From: an uncultured Planctomycetota bacterium
GTDB taxonomy: Bacteria; Planctomycetota; Planctomycetia; Isosphaerales; Isosphaeraceae
DNA: 64,000 nucleotides
Assembly (NCBI GenBank): GCA_963737655.1
Contig: CAVTTN010000002.1
Location: 1,408,001-1,472,000 of the forward strand
Direction of reading: 5' to 3'
The notes under the pieces were generated by a model. The model worked only from the letters and a program-made list of their open reading frames with translations, was not told where the DNA came from and made no database searches. The position numbers and the translations under genes are program-made. Of this stretch, positions 53,263-62,791 are shown in pieces (position 1 is the stretch's first letter; the number at the start of each line of letters is the position of its first letter).

Positions 53263-54662
53263 GATGGATGCCCCCCCTCCCCGCATCCTGTTCGTGACCG
53301 GCCGCCTCGCGGAATCGGCCTTGAGGCGGGTCGTGGCGGATCTGGCTTCTCGGGTAGGGTTCGTGGCCGAGGTCGCCGTCTTGCCGATCTCGGTGGCGGC
53401 GCTGATGCCCCCGAAGTGGGTCGCTCGGCATCTCGTGGTGCCCGAGGGGGTCGGCCGGGTGATCCTCCCGGGGCATTGTCGGGGCGACCTTGCTCCGGTG
53501 GTCGAGAAGGCCGGGGGCGCGACCGTGGAGCTCGGCCCGAGGACCTCCGCGAGCTGCCCCGGCATTTCGGCCTGGAGGCGTCGCGGCCGAAGGATTATGG
53601 GCGGTATGACATCTCGATCCTCGCCGAGATCAACCATGCGCCGAGGCTCGCTCGCGAGGAGATCCTGGCCCTCGCCGCGAGGTTCTCGGCCGAGGGGGCC
53701 GACCTGATCGACCTGGGGTGCGACCCCGGCGGACCGTGGCCGGGCGTGGGGGACGCCGTCCGGGCCCTCCGCGACTCGGGCCATCGCGTGTCGATCGACA
53801 GCTTCGACCCCGAGGAGGTCGCCGACGCCGTGGGCGCCGGCGCCGAGCTGGTCCTGAGCGTGAACGGGTCGAATCGTCATCATGCGAGCGAATGGGGCGT
53901 CGAGGTCGTCGCGATCCCCGATCGGCCCGGGTCGCTCGACGGCCTGGATTCGACGATCGAGGACCTCCGCGCCGAAACATCCCGTTTCGGGTCGATCCGA
54001 TCGTCGAGCCGATCGGCCTGGGGTTCGCCCGGTCGCTGGGGCGGTATCTGGAGGTCCGCTCGCGACATCCCGACGTGCCGATGATGATGGGCGTGGGGAA
54101 CGTCACCGAGCTGACCGACTGCGACTCGGCCGGCGTGAACGCGGTGCTCGTCGGGTTCTGCCAGGAGGTGGGCGTGGGGAGCGTCCTGACGACGGCGGTG
54201 ATCAACTGGGCGAGGTCGTCGGTCCGGGAGATCGACCTGGCGAGGCGGATGGCCTATCATGCGGTCTCGAGCGGGACGCCCCCGAAGCGGGTCGAGCCGG
54301 CGATGGTCCTCCTCCGCGACCCGAGGGTGCCGAGGCTCGGCCCCGAGGCCCTGGCCGAGCTCCGCCGCCGGATCAAGGACCCCAACTGGCGGATTTTCGC
54401 CGAGGACGGGCTGATCCACGCCATGAATCATGAGAATCATCTCGCCGATCCCGACCCCTTCGCCCTCTTCGCCGCGATGGGCGTGACCGACCCGTCCCAC
54501 GCCTTCTATCTGGGATATGAACTCATGAAAGCAAAAACGGCACTCACGCTGAGCAAGGCGTACCGGCAGGACCAGGCGCTCGACTGGGGCTTCCTGACCG
54601 AGCCGGAGGCGGGGCACCGGGGCAAGGACCGGCCGCCCGGCCGCCGGGATCGCCAGTCGTGA
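53263..54662 (+). CDS. DUF6513/dihydropteroate synthase-like methanopterin biosynthesis protein (Orf20-like), two frameshifts
   Basis: ILFVTGRLAE, ILAEI..AP, GADLIDLGC, SIDSF, MMGVGNVTELTD.DS, HAFYLGYEL.KA; single-C losses near 53537 and 53972. Confidence 0.85.
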
Positions 54663-55255
54663 TCCTCGAGGCCCTCGTGACGACGGCCAACCCCGACGGC
54701 TCGGCCCACGTGGCGCCGATGGGCCCGGAGGTCGGGCCCGACCTGTCGCGGTTCGTCCTCCGCCCGTTCCGGACGGCGACCACGTATCGGAACCTCGTCG
54801 CGCATCGAGAAGGCGTCCTGCACGTGACCGACGATGTGTTGATGCTCGCCAGGGCGGCCGTCGGGCTCGATCCGAGGGCCGAGACGAGGCCGGCGGGATC
54901 GGTCCGGGGGCATGTGATCGCCTCGGCATGCCGGTATTATGAGTTCCGCGTGGTCGAGATCGACGACCGCGCCGACCGGGCGACGATCCGGGCCGAGACG
55001 GTGGGTTCGGGCGTCCTCCGCGAGTTCTTCGGCCTGAACCGGGCGAAGCATGCGGTGGTCGAGGCCGCGATCCTGGCCACCCGGACCGAGTTCCTGCCGA
55101 TGCCCGCGATCGCCGACGATTTCCGCCGCCTCCGCCCCCTGGTCGAGAAGACCGGCGGCCCCTCCGAGCGCCTGGCGTTCGCCGAGTTGACGGCGTTCGT
55201 TCGAGAGAAGGCGCAACTTCGGGGAGAGATCGGCCCGGACGAGTTCTCGCCATGA
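54659..55255 (+). CDS. DUF447 family protein (Orf22-like)
   Basis: ILEALVTT...HVAPMG, LRPF...TYRNL, NRAKHAVVEAAILATR. Confidence 0.88.
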   Translation: MILEALVTTANPDGSAHVAPMGPEVGPDLSRFVLRPFRTATTYRNLVAHREGVLHVTDDVLMLARAAVGLDPRAETRPAGSVRGHVIASACRYYEFRVVEIDDRADRATIRAETVGSGVLREFFGLNRAKHAVVEAAILATRTEFLPMPAIADDFRRLRPLVEKTGGPSERLAFAELTAFVREKAQLRGEIGPDEFSP

Positions 55256-56208
55256 CCACCACGCGAATCCGAACCCCCGGCCGCCTCCATTTCGGCCTCC
55301 TGGCGAGAGGCCCCGCCGCCCCCCGCCAGTTCGGCGGGCTGGGGCTGATGGTCGATCGGCCGGGGATCGTCCTCGAGGCCGAACCGGCCGGGTCGTGGTC
55401 GGCCTCGGGCTTTTTGGCCGAGAGGGCCCGAGGCGTCGCGGAGAGGGTCGCGGGGGCGATGGCCTCGTCGTTCGGCGTCGGGCCTCGCCCCCTGTCGTTC
55501 CGGGTGGTCGAGGCGCCTCCGGAGCACGTCGGATTGGGCGTGGGGACGCAACTGGGCCTGGCGGTGGCGAAGCTGATCGCGACCTCCGCCGGGCTCGACC
55601 TCGACGCCCCGAGCCTCGCCGCGATGGCCGGTCGCGGGGCCCGGTCGGGCGTGGGGCTTCATGGGTTCGATCGCGGCGGATTGATCGTCGATGGCGGCCA
55701 TCGCGGGGCAGGGGGGGTCGCGCCGATGGTCGCCCGCCCGGAGTTCCCGGCCGAATGGTCGGTCCTCGTGGCGACCCGGTCGAGGCCCCGAGGGCTGAGC
55801 GGCCCGGACGAGATCGGCGCGTTCGCCAGGCTCCCGCCGATCCCCGAGAGCGAGACCGATCGGCTCTGCCGGCTCGTCCTCCTGGGGATCTTGCCGAGCG
55901 TCGCCGAGCGCGATCTGGAGGGGTTCGGCGCGGCCCTGGAGGAGATCCAGCACCGGGTCGGCTCCTGGTTCGCCCCGGCGCAGGGCGGCCTCTTCGCCGG
56001 GGAGGACGTCGCCGAGCTGGCCGCCTGGCTGAAGGAGGGCGGACTCGTCGGCGTGGGCCAAAGCTCGTGGGGCCCGACGCTCTACGGCTTCACCGCCGAA
56101 GGCCCCGAATGGCAGGAAGCCTTCCTGCGAAGGCTCCGCGAGCGATTCGGGGCGATGGACCTCCTCGGGTGGACGGCCGCGAGCCCTCGCGGGGCGATCC
56201 TCACGTAG
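55252..56208 (+). CDS. mptG: Beta-ribofuranosylaminobenzene 5'-phosphate synthase
   Basis: TPGRLHFG, PPEHVGLGVGTQL, GRGARSGVG..GF..GG.IVDGG, GQSSWGP. Confidence 0.9.
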   Translation: MTTTRIRTPGRLHFGLLARGPAAPRQFGGLGLMVDRPGIVLEAEPAGSWSASGFLAERARGVAERVAGAMASSFGVGPRPLSFRVVEAPPEHVGLGVGTQLGLAVAKLIATSAGLDLDAPSLAAMAGRGARSGVGLHGFDRGGLIVDGGHRGAGGVAPMVARPEFPAEWSVLVATRSRPRGLSGPDEIGAFARLPPIPESETDRLCRLVLLGILPSVAERDLEGFGAALEEIQHRVGSWFAPAQGGLFAGEDVAELAAWLKEGGLVGVGQSSWGPTLYGFTAEGPEWQEAFLRRLRERFGAMDLLGWTAASPRGAILT

Positions 56209-56273
56209 GGCGGGTGCAACCCGCCATCTTCCCTGGGGAGGGAATGCGTGTGGCGGGTTCCACCACCCTCCAC
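56205..56273. repeat. Degenerate GTAG REP doublet
   Basis: GTAGGGCGGGTGCAACCCGCCA...TGGCGGGTTCCACCACCCTCCAC. Confidence 0.65.
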
Positions 56274-56356
56274 GTCCGGGTTTCGCCGGCCCTTCTTGCT
56301 TCGTTATAATGGTGGGCGACCGGGCGATGCGACGGCGAGGGAGGGGCGGGCCGGCG

Positions 56357-57124
56357 ATGCGACGGGACATCGACGACGCTTTGCATGATTGGCCCTACGA
56401 GCCCGATCCCGGCGAGGTCCTCGCCCGGGAAGTCCGGGCCCGCGACGGCCGCACGGTCGTCCAGATCCGGGTGGAGCTCGGCCTGTTGCAACTGGAGACC
56501 GAGGGCCGGCCCGACGGCGTGAGGCCCCACGGGTTCGCCACGTATCTCGATTATCTCCGCCATCGCGCCGCCGGGAGGGGGCTGGCCCCGGGAGGGAAGT
56601 CCCCCCCGTGGACGATGGGCGACGCCCAGTGCGTCGAGGCCGACCGCGAGTTCGTCCAGTTCCACCATCGGCGGGTCGCCTGGCTGTCCCTGCAGAAATA
56701 TGAGCGCGCCTTGCTCGATGCCGACCACACCCTCGCCCTGATGGACTTCGTCCGCCGCCACGGCGGGACGCCGGAGTACATCGCCTCCCACGAACGATTC
56801 CGGGGGCTCGTGCTGTTCCACCGGACGAGGGCGGCGGCGGCCATCGCCCTGGAGAGGAGGCGGCCCGACGAGGCGATCGACGCCGTCCACGAGGGGGCCG
56901 AGCGGCTGACCGCCCACCAGAAATCCTGGGACGCCGAGCACGAGGACGACGAGACCCCCAACGCCGCCCTCCTCGAACAGCTCGGCCTCCTCGAATCGGA
57001 GATCCGCAAGAATTTCGAGGTCGCCAAGACCCTCCGCGAGCAGCTCGACGAGGCCGTCGCCAGCGAGGATTACGAGACCGCCGCGAGGCTCCGCGACCAG
57101 ATCCGCGCCAGGGGCCGGAGGTGA
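56357..57124 (+). CDS. UvrB/UvrC motif-containing protein
   Basis: QIRVELGLLQLE..GRPDG, C-terminal LDEAVASEDYETAARLRDQI. Confidence 0.85.
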   Translation: MRRDIDDALHDWPYEPDPGEVLAREVRARDGRTVVQIRVELGLLQLETEGRPDGVRPHGFATYLDYLRHRAAGRGLAPGGKSPPWTMGDAQCVEADREFVQFHHRRVAWLSLQKYERALLDADHTLALMDFVRRHGGTPEYIASHERFRGLVLFHRTRAAAAIALERRRPDEAIDAVHEGAERLTAHQKSWDAEHEDDETPNAALLEQLGLLESEIRKNFEVAKTLREQLDEAVASEDYETAARLRDQIRARGRR

Positions 57125-57295
57125 TCGGGGCCGGGCCGGGTGGATGAGTTCGTGGATCGCGCAAGATCGATGGCGGACCGTGCTTGTCGGGCCCGCTCTT
57201 GCGGATGTCTTCGACTTCACTTCGGTCCGAAGAGGTCCGATCCGAGCTACGCCACGGACCGCCCGGATTCGGCCTCGCCCGGGTCCGGGAACGGA

Positions 57296-57380
57296 GCGCG
57301 ACGGCCTTCGTAGGGCAGGCCTCGGCCTGCCGTCTTCGCGGATCGGCAGGCCGAGGCCTGCCCTACGAAGGCCGTCGCGC
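57296..57380. repeat. GTAG REP doublet with 37-bp perfect arms
   Basis: GCGCGACGGCCTTCGTAGGGCAGGCCTCGGCCTGCCG and its exact reverse complement at 57344-57380. Confidence 0.92.
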
Positions 57381-57404
57381 GCCTTCCGACTCCTTGGGAC
57401 GTAA

Positions 57405-57911
57405 TTATCTTCTCGAAGAATCCGTTTCTTCAGACGAGGATTCAGGGGAGGGGAGCGGATCATCCGAGGAGCGACGGAATTCCCGGATCACCCGCTCGAA
57501 GGATTCGTCGGGCCTCCGGGCCGCCCTGGTGAGGATCGCGACCGGCGAGGCGACCGCCAAGGCGTACCGCCCGTCCCCGATCTCCCGGATGGCCAGCGCC
57601 TCGTACAGCTTCGCCACGGCCCTCCGGGCGTCGTCGCGGGGGCCCGGGTTTCCGTACCAGATCCGGGACATCCGCTCGGTGAGTTCCGCCTCGTCGGCCC
57701 CTCGCTCGCGATATCTCGCGAAGTCCTTGAGGTCCGAGGCGAGGGCCTCTCGGTCGTCGGATTCGGCCAGGGGCAGGAGGAGCTCACAACATCGCTCGGC
57801 CCAGTCCAGAGCCGGTCCCCGGCCCCGGGCATCGAGCGCGTGAATCAGCGGCAGGGGCCAGAGCGGGCCGCCCCGGGCGAACGCCTGGCGGGCCTCCTCC
57901 ATCACGTCCAT
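57405..57911 (-). CDS. Hypothetical protein
   Basis: RBS GGAGGGG, codon-consistent helical ORF. Confidence 0.6.
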   Translation of the reverse strand: MDVMEEARQAFARGGPLWPLPLIHALDARGRGPALDWAERCCELLLPLAESDDREALASDLKDFARYRERGADEAELTERMSRIWYGNPGPRDDARRAVAKLYEALAIREIGDGRYALAVASPVAILTRAARRPDESFERVIREFRRSSDDPLPSPESSSEETDSSRR

Positions 57912-57929
57912 CGCCCCTCCCCGGCCAGG

Positions 57930-58838
57930 CTATTTCGGATGCACATACAATCGCACTTCGGGATGCATGCTGTAGAGCCGGTCCCCCTCGGGCGTCTCGA
58001 CGAGGATCGCGCTGGAGGCGTTGTCGCCGAGGATCGGGTTGCCCGGGTATTTCTCCCAGTGGATCAGGTCTTTCGAGCGCGCCACGCAGGTCGTCCAGTC
58101 CTTCCAGGGCTGGTGGGCGTTGGCGTGGTAGAAGGCGTAATAGACGCCGTCTCGCTTGATCACCTGATCGACGGCGATGGCCGTCCTGTCGTAGGGTTCG
58201 GGGCCCATCTTCAAAACCGGCTCATCTTTCACGTTGGTCCAGACCTTGCCGTCCTTCGATCGCGCGAGCCAGACCCCGCGGTCGCCCCTCTCGTACAGGA
58301 GGGACCACTCGCCGGCGTCGAACAGGGCCGTGGGCGTGCCGTAGGGTCCGGAGCGGATCGGCTTGCCCTCGGTCGTGCGGACGTCCAAAGGGCCCCGTTC
58401 GGTCCATCGCAGGCCGTCGGGCGACGTGAGCAGGTGGGCCACGTCGTTCTCCCCCTCGGCGAAGAGGAAATCGACCCCGTCTTTCTTGAACATGCAGACG
58501 TCTTCCACCCAGGTCTCGCCGTGGATCGGGTTGGCGGGGTCCCGGGTCCAGGCCAGGCCGTCGGGGGAGGTCGCGTGGCCGAGCTTCCGGAGAGGGGATT
58601 TGTCGTCGTTGTAGCCGGTGTAATAGAGGTGGTATGTCGGCCCTTCGCGGACGATCCAGCCGCGTTCGCGGATCTTCTTGTCCCAGGCCGAGCCCCCTTC
58701 GCCCCGGAAGACCACGGGATGCTGGGCGTCGGGGACCCAGGAGACGATGGATTTCGGGAAGTCCTGGGCGCGGGACTCGCTCGCCCCGAGGGCCACGATC
58801 GCCACGAGGCCCAGACGGCGGAATTGCTCTCGGATCAT
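57930..58838 (-). CDS. Exported five-bladed beta-propeller glycosidase-like protein
   Basis: Signal peptide; repeats GHATSPDGLAW, LTSPDGLRW, ARSKDGKVW, ARSKDLIHWEK..NP. Confidence 0.75.
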   Translation of the reverse strand: MIREQFRRLGLVAIVALGASESRAQDFPKSIVSWVPDAQHPVVFRGEGGSAWDKKIRERGWIVREGPTYHLYYTGYNDDKSPLRKLGHATSPDGLAWTRDPANPIHGETWVEDVCMFKKDGVDFLFAEGENDVAHLLTSPDGLRWTERGPLDVRTTEGKPIRSGPYGTPTALFDAGEWSLLYERGDRGVWLARSKDGKVWTNVKDEPVLKMGPEPYDRTAIAVDQVIKRDGVYYAFYHANAHQPWKDWTTCVARSKDLIHWEKYPGNPILGDNASSAILVETPEGDRLYSMHPEVRLYVHPK

Positions 58839-59013
58839 CGTCGCTCCTTCCCCGTCTCCATGTTCCTCAACAGAGATGGAATGGAATTGAACCGCCCGGA
58901 CCCTCGGGGCGCCAAGAGAGGTTCCGCCGCCCTCCTCCCGGGTCGTCCCCTCGTCACGTGGAACCGTCCCGGTTTCTCGGGCAGGAGGGGGAGGAAAACG
59001 GCCCTTCGCCTTC

Positions 59014-62000
59014 TTACGACCGAGGGGCCCCGGCTCGGGCGATCAGGGCCTCGACGTCGGCCCAGAGCTTGCGGATCTCGGCCTTCTGGTCGTCGGGGAG
59101 GGGGGCGGTGGCCTTCTCGTCGCGGAGGCCGGCGAGGTCGGGGTCTTGCTTCCAGTGGGTCAGGGCCTGAATCACCACGGGCCCGGCCAGTTTCGGCGAG
59201 GCGTCGAGGAGCCCGGTCCAGGCATCGAGCTCGGCGCGGAGCCATCCCAGGGCTTTTTGGCGGAGGGCCTGCCTGGCCGGGGCGTCGGGCTTCGGGTCGT
59301 CCCGGCCTTGCTCGCCGGCGGCCAGGGCGGCGGCGCAGGAGGCGTTGTAGCGGACTCCGGCCCGGCGGTCGTCGCCGAGCTTCGGGTTGGCGTCGAGCGC
59401 CTCGCCCCAGAGCCTCGCGGCCGAGGCGTGGAGCCCCGTCTCGGAGGCCCGTTGCGCCAGGGCGAGCCGCTCGGCGACGTTTTTCGGGGCCTGCTTCCCC
59501 TGGATCACCGCGGAGAGCCGGGCGTCGAGGGCGACGGCCTTCGGATCCGAGTCGCGGAGCCTGGTCCGCTCGGCCCTGGCCTCGGCCGCGGCCGAGGCGT
59601 CGCCCAGGCCCCGGGCGGCTTGCTCCAGGCGTTCGAGGCTGTCGGCCAGGTAGCTGCGATAGGCCGGGTGATCGGGGAACGCGACCAGGGCCTTCTTCTG
59701 CAACGCGATGGCCGGGCCGAGCCGGTCTCGGGCCTCGGCGAACCGCTTGGCCTCCAGGTCGGCCGCGGCGATGTTGCTCAGGGTCGTCCCCAGGCCGCTG
59801 GCGAACTCGGGCATCTCGGGATGGGCCTTGACCAGCCCCTCCAGGATCGCCGCCGCCGCCTCGAATTCCTTCTTCGCCTCGGCCTGCTTCCCGGCCGACC
59901 ACAGGGGGTTGGCCATGTTGTTGTGGACGGCCGCCAGGTCGTTCTGGAGGTCGGTCTGGGTGGGGTTGGCCTCGGCCAGCTCCTTGCGGATCGGCAGGGC
60001 GGCCTCGTACGACTTCAGCGCCTCGGCCGGCTGGCCCATCGCCCATTGCAACAGGCCGATATTGTAGTAGGTATTCGCCACGTCCCGGCGGAACGTGGTG
60101 ACGGTGGGGTTGGCCTCGGCCAGGGCCTCCTGGATCGTCAGGGCGGCCTGGTACGACTTCAGCGCCTCCGCCCTCTGGCCCGATTGCTTCAAGAGGACGC
60201 CCACCGTGTGGTAGCTGGTCGCCAGGTCGTTCTGGGACTCGATCGCGCTGGGCTCGGCCTCGGCCACCCCCTTGCGGATCGCCAGGGCGTCCTTGTGGGC
60301 CTTGAGCGCCTCGGCCGGCTTGCCGAGCTCGCGGAGGAGGCTGCCGAGGCTGTAGGTGCTCATCGCCAGCTCTCGGCGGTACTGGACCACCGACGGGTTG
60401 GACTCGGCCAGGGCCTTCTGGATCGCCAGGGCGTCCTGATGGTCCTTCAGCGCCTCGGCCGGCTTGCCGGTGTTGCCCAGGACCAGCCCGAGGTTGTGGA
60501 GGCTCTGCGCCAGGTCGGCCCGGAGCCGGGCGTTGCCGGGATCGGCGTCGGCCAGCTCCTGGCGGATCGTCCGGGCCTCCCGGTGGGCCTTGAGCGCCTC
60601 GGCCGGCTTGCCGGTGATCCTCCGGAGGCTGCCGATGTTGTTCAGGGTCGAGGCCAGGTGGCGACGGAAGAGCGCCGAGGCCGAAGGATCGTCCCGGAGG
60701 AGCTCTCGCCAGAGGGCCGCCGCGTCCTCGTCCTCCGAGAGCGCCTCGGCCGTCTTCCCGGTGGCCGCCAGGAACATGCCGATGTTGTGATGGCTCTGCG
60801 CCAGGTCGATCCGGTACTTGATCGAGGACGGTTCGGCCTCGACCAGCTTCCGGCAGATCGCCAGGGCCTCCCGATAGGACGCCAGGGCGTCCTGCTTGTC
60901 GCCGATCTCGTTGGTCAGGTCGCCGAGGTCGAAGTCGGCATCGACCAGGCGGTGGAGCGTCTCGGGGCGGGTGTCGCCGCCGGCCTGGAGGCGCCCTCGG
61001 AGCTCCCGGAAGAACGCCCGGGGCTCCTTCAGGAGCCTCTGGCGGAGGGGCGCCAACCCCGGGGCGTTCTTGAGCTCGGGCTCGTTCGTCACCACGGCGC
61101 CGAACCGCTTCACGGCCTCGATCGCCAGCCCCTCGTTGGCCTCGGCGCGGAGCCTCTGCTCGTCCAGCCTCTCGTTGGCCGACTTCAGGTCGCGATAGGC
61201 CCTGGCCTGGACGGCGATGACCCCGGCGGTCCCGCCGACCAGGGCGATCAGGGTCGAGGCCGCCAGCGCCGCCACCGCCGGCTTCCTCTTGCACCAGAGC
61301 CACGCCCTCTCCGCCGGGCCGACCCTCCGGGCCGAGATCGGCCGGGAGCCCAGCCAGTTCCTCAGGTCGTCGGCCATCGCCTGGGCCGAGGCATACCGCC
61401 GCCTCGGGTCCTTGTCCAGGCACTTCAGGCAGATCGTCTCCAGGTCCCGGGGCGTCCCGTCGTTGAACTTGCTCGGAGGCTCGGGCAGACGGGTCCGGAC
61501 CGCGTCGAGGGTCTCGATCACGCTCTCGCCGCCGAACGGGGCCCGGCCCGTGAGCGTCGCATAGAGGATCGCCCCCAGCCCGTACACGTCCGTGGCCGTG
61601 GTGATCGACCCCCTCCGGCCGTGGGCCTGCTCCGGGCTCATGTACGCGGGCGTCCCCAGGATCGCGCCGCTCTGGGTCATCTCCGCGTCCCCCTCGACCC
61701 TCTTGGCCAGGCCGAAGTCGGTCACGTGGGGATGCCCCTCGGCGTCCACCAGGATGTTCGCCGGCTTCAGGTCGCGATGGAGGATTCCCCTCATATGAGC
61801 ATGATGGACCGCCTCCGCCGTCTCGGCCAGGAGCGCCGCCGCCGCCCTCGGGTCCTTCTTCAAAACCGAGAGCCGGGAGGACAGGTTGCCCCCCTCGACC
61901 AGCCTCATGCTGAAGTAGCGCTGGCCGTCGTGGTCGCCGACCTCGTACACCGGGACGACCCCCGGGTGATCGAGCAGGGCGACGGCCTCCGCCTCGTTCT

Positions 62001-62532
62001 GGAACCGGCGGAGCTCGGTCTCGTCGGCCAGCATCCCCGCCTTGATCATCTTCAGCGCCACCGGCCGGTTCAGGCTGACCTGCCGGGCCCGGTACACCAC
62101 GCCCATCCCCCCTCGGCCCAAGATCGCCTCGACCTCATAATCCCCGAAGTAGCGGATCGGGGTGCCCGGGTCGAGGTCGCGGGGCCGCTCGACCGGCTCG
62201 AACCCGGCGCCCCGGGTCGCGTCCCGGGTGGACTCCCACGACGACCCGGGCCGGGCGACCGTCGAGGGCGCGTTGCCCGGTGACACGGAACGGTCGGTCG
62301 CGTCGTCGGTCGCCTCCCCCGAGGGCGACGCCGACGCCGAGGCCGAGGCCGGTCCCCCGGTCCCCGAATCCCCCCGGGTCCTCCACGTCTCGGCCCTCCG
62401 GCCGCACTCGGCGCAGCCCTCCACGTGACGGCCGATCCGCTCCGCCTCCGCCGGCTCCAGCTCGCCCCGAAGGAACGCGCAAAGGCGGGACTCGTCCGGG
62501 CAGGCAGGAGAGGACATGAGCATTCGCTCCAA
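59014..62532 (-). CDS. zf-HC2 + Ser/Thr kinase + TM + TPR protein
   Basis: HVEGCAEC, LGRGGMGVVY, HRDLKPAN, TDFGLAK, GTPAYMSPE, and multiple TPR repeats. Confidence 0.92.
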   Translation of the reverse strand: MERMLMSSPACPDESRLCAFLRGELEPAEAERIGRHVEGCAECGRRAETWRTRGDSGTGGPASASASASPSGEATDDATDRSVSPGNAPSTVARPGSSWESTRDATRGAGFEPVERPRDLDPGTPIRYFGDYEVEAILGRGGMGVVYRARQVSLNRPVALKMIKAGMLADETELRRFQNEAEAVALLDHPGVVPVYEVGDHDGQRYFSMRLVEGGNLSSRLSVLKKDPRAAAALLAETAEAVHHAHMRGILHRDLKPANILVDAEGHPHVTDFGLAKRVEGDAEMTQSGAILGTPAYMSPEQAHGRRGSITTATDVYGLGAILYATLTGRAPFGGESVIETLDAVRTRLPEPPSKFNDGTPRDLETICLKCLDKDPRRRYASAQAMADDLRNWLGSRPISARRVGPAERAWLWCKRKPAVAALAASTLIALVGGTAGVIAVQARAYRDLKSANERLDEQRLRAEANEGLAIEAVKRFGAVVTNEPELKNAPGLAPLRQRLLKEPRAFFRELRGRLQAGGDTRPETLHRLVDADFDLGDLTNEIGDKQDALASYREALAICRKLVEAEPSSIKYRIDLAQSHHNIGMFLAATGKTAEALSEDEDAAALWRELLRDDPSASALFRRHLASTLNNIGSLRRITGKPAEALKAHREARTIRQELADADPGNARLRADLAQSLHNLGLVLGNTGKPAEALKDHQDALAIQKALAESNPSVVQYRRELAMSTYSLGSLLRELGKPAEALKAHKDALAIRKGVAEAEPSAIESQNDLATSYHTVGVLLKQSGQRAEALKSYQAALTIQEALAEANPTVTTFRRDVANTYYNIGLLQWAMGQPAEALKSYEAALPIRKELAEANPTQTDLQNDLAAVHNNMANPLWSAGKQAEAKKEFEAAAAILEGLVKAHPEMPEFASGLGTTLSNIAAADLEAKRFAEARDRLGPAIALQKKALVAFPDHPAYRSYLADSLERLEQAARGLGDASAAAEARAERTRLRDSDPKAVALDARLSAVIQGKQAPKNVAERLALAQRASETGLHASAARLWGEALDANPKLGDDRRAGVRYNASCAAALAAGEQGRDDPKPDAPARQALRQKALGWLRAELDAWTGLLDASPKLAGPVVIQALTHWKQDPDLAGLRDEKATAPLPDDQKAEIRKLWADVEALIARAGAPRS

Positions 62533-62791
62533 TGGTATTCAAGGAACCACGTCGTTCTCCCATCATCTGTACCCGATCCGCCGACCCCGGTAAACCCGCC
62601 GGGCCGTTTCCTTCTCGGCGCAAGATCCTTCCAAAGGCTTATGGGCGGCACGGGTTCCGTCTTCAAGACCCGAGGGACCGCCCGCACGGGTGACCGCGGA
62701 ATCTGCGGTCGGCCGGAGGCCCTCCCCGGGTTCGTGGTCGATCCCAGGGTGCGTCCCCCCTCCGGCATTCGCCCCGTCGATGGTATGGTCT

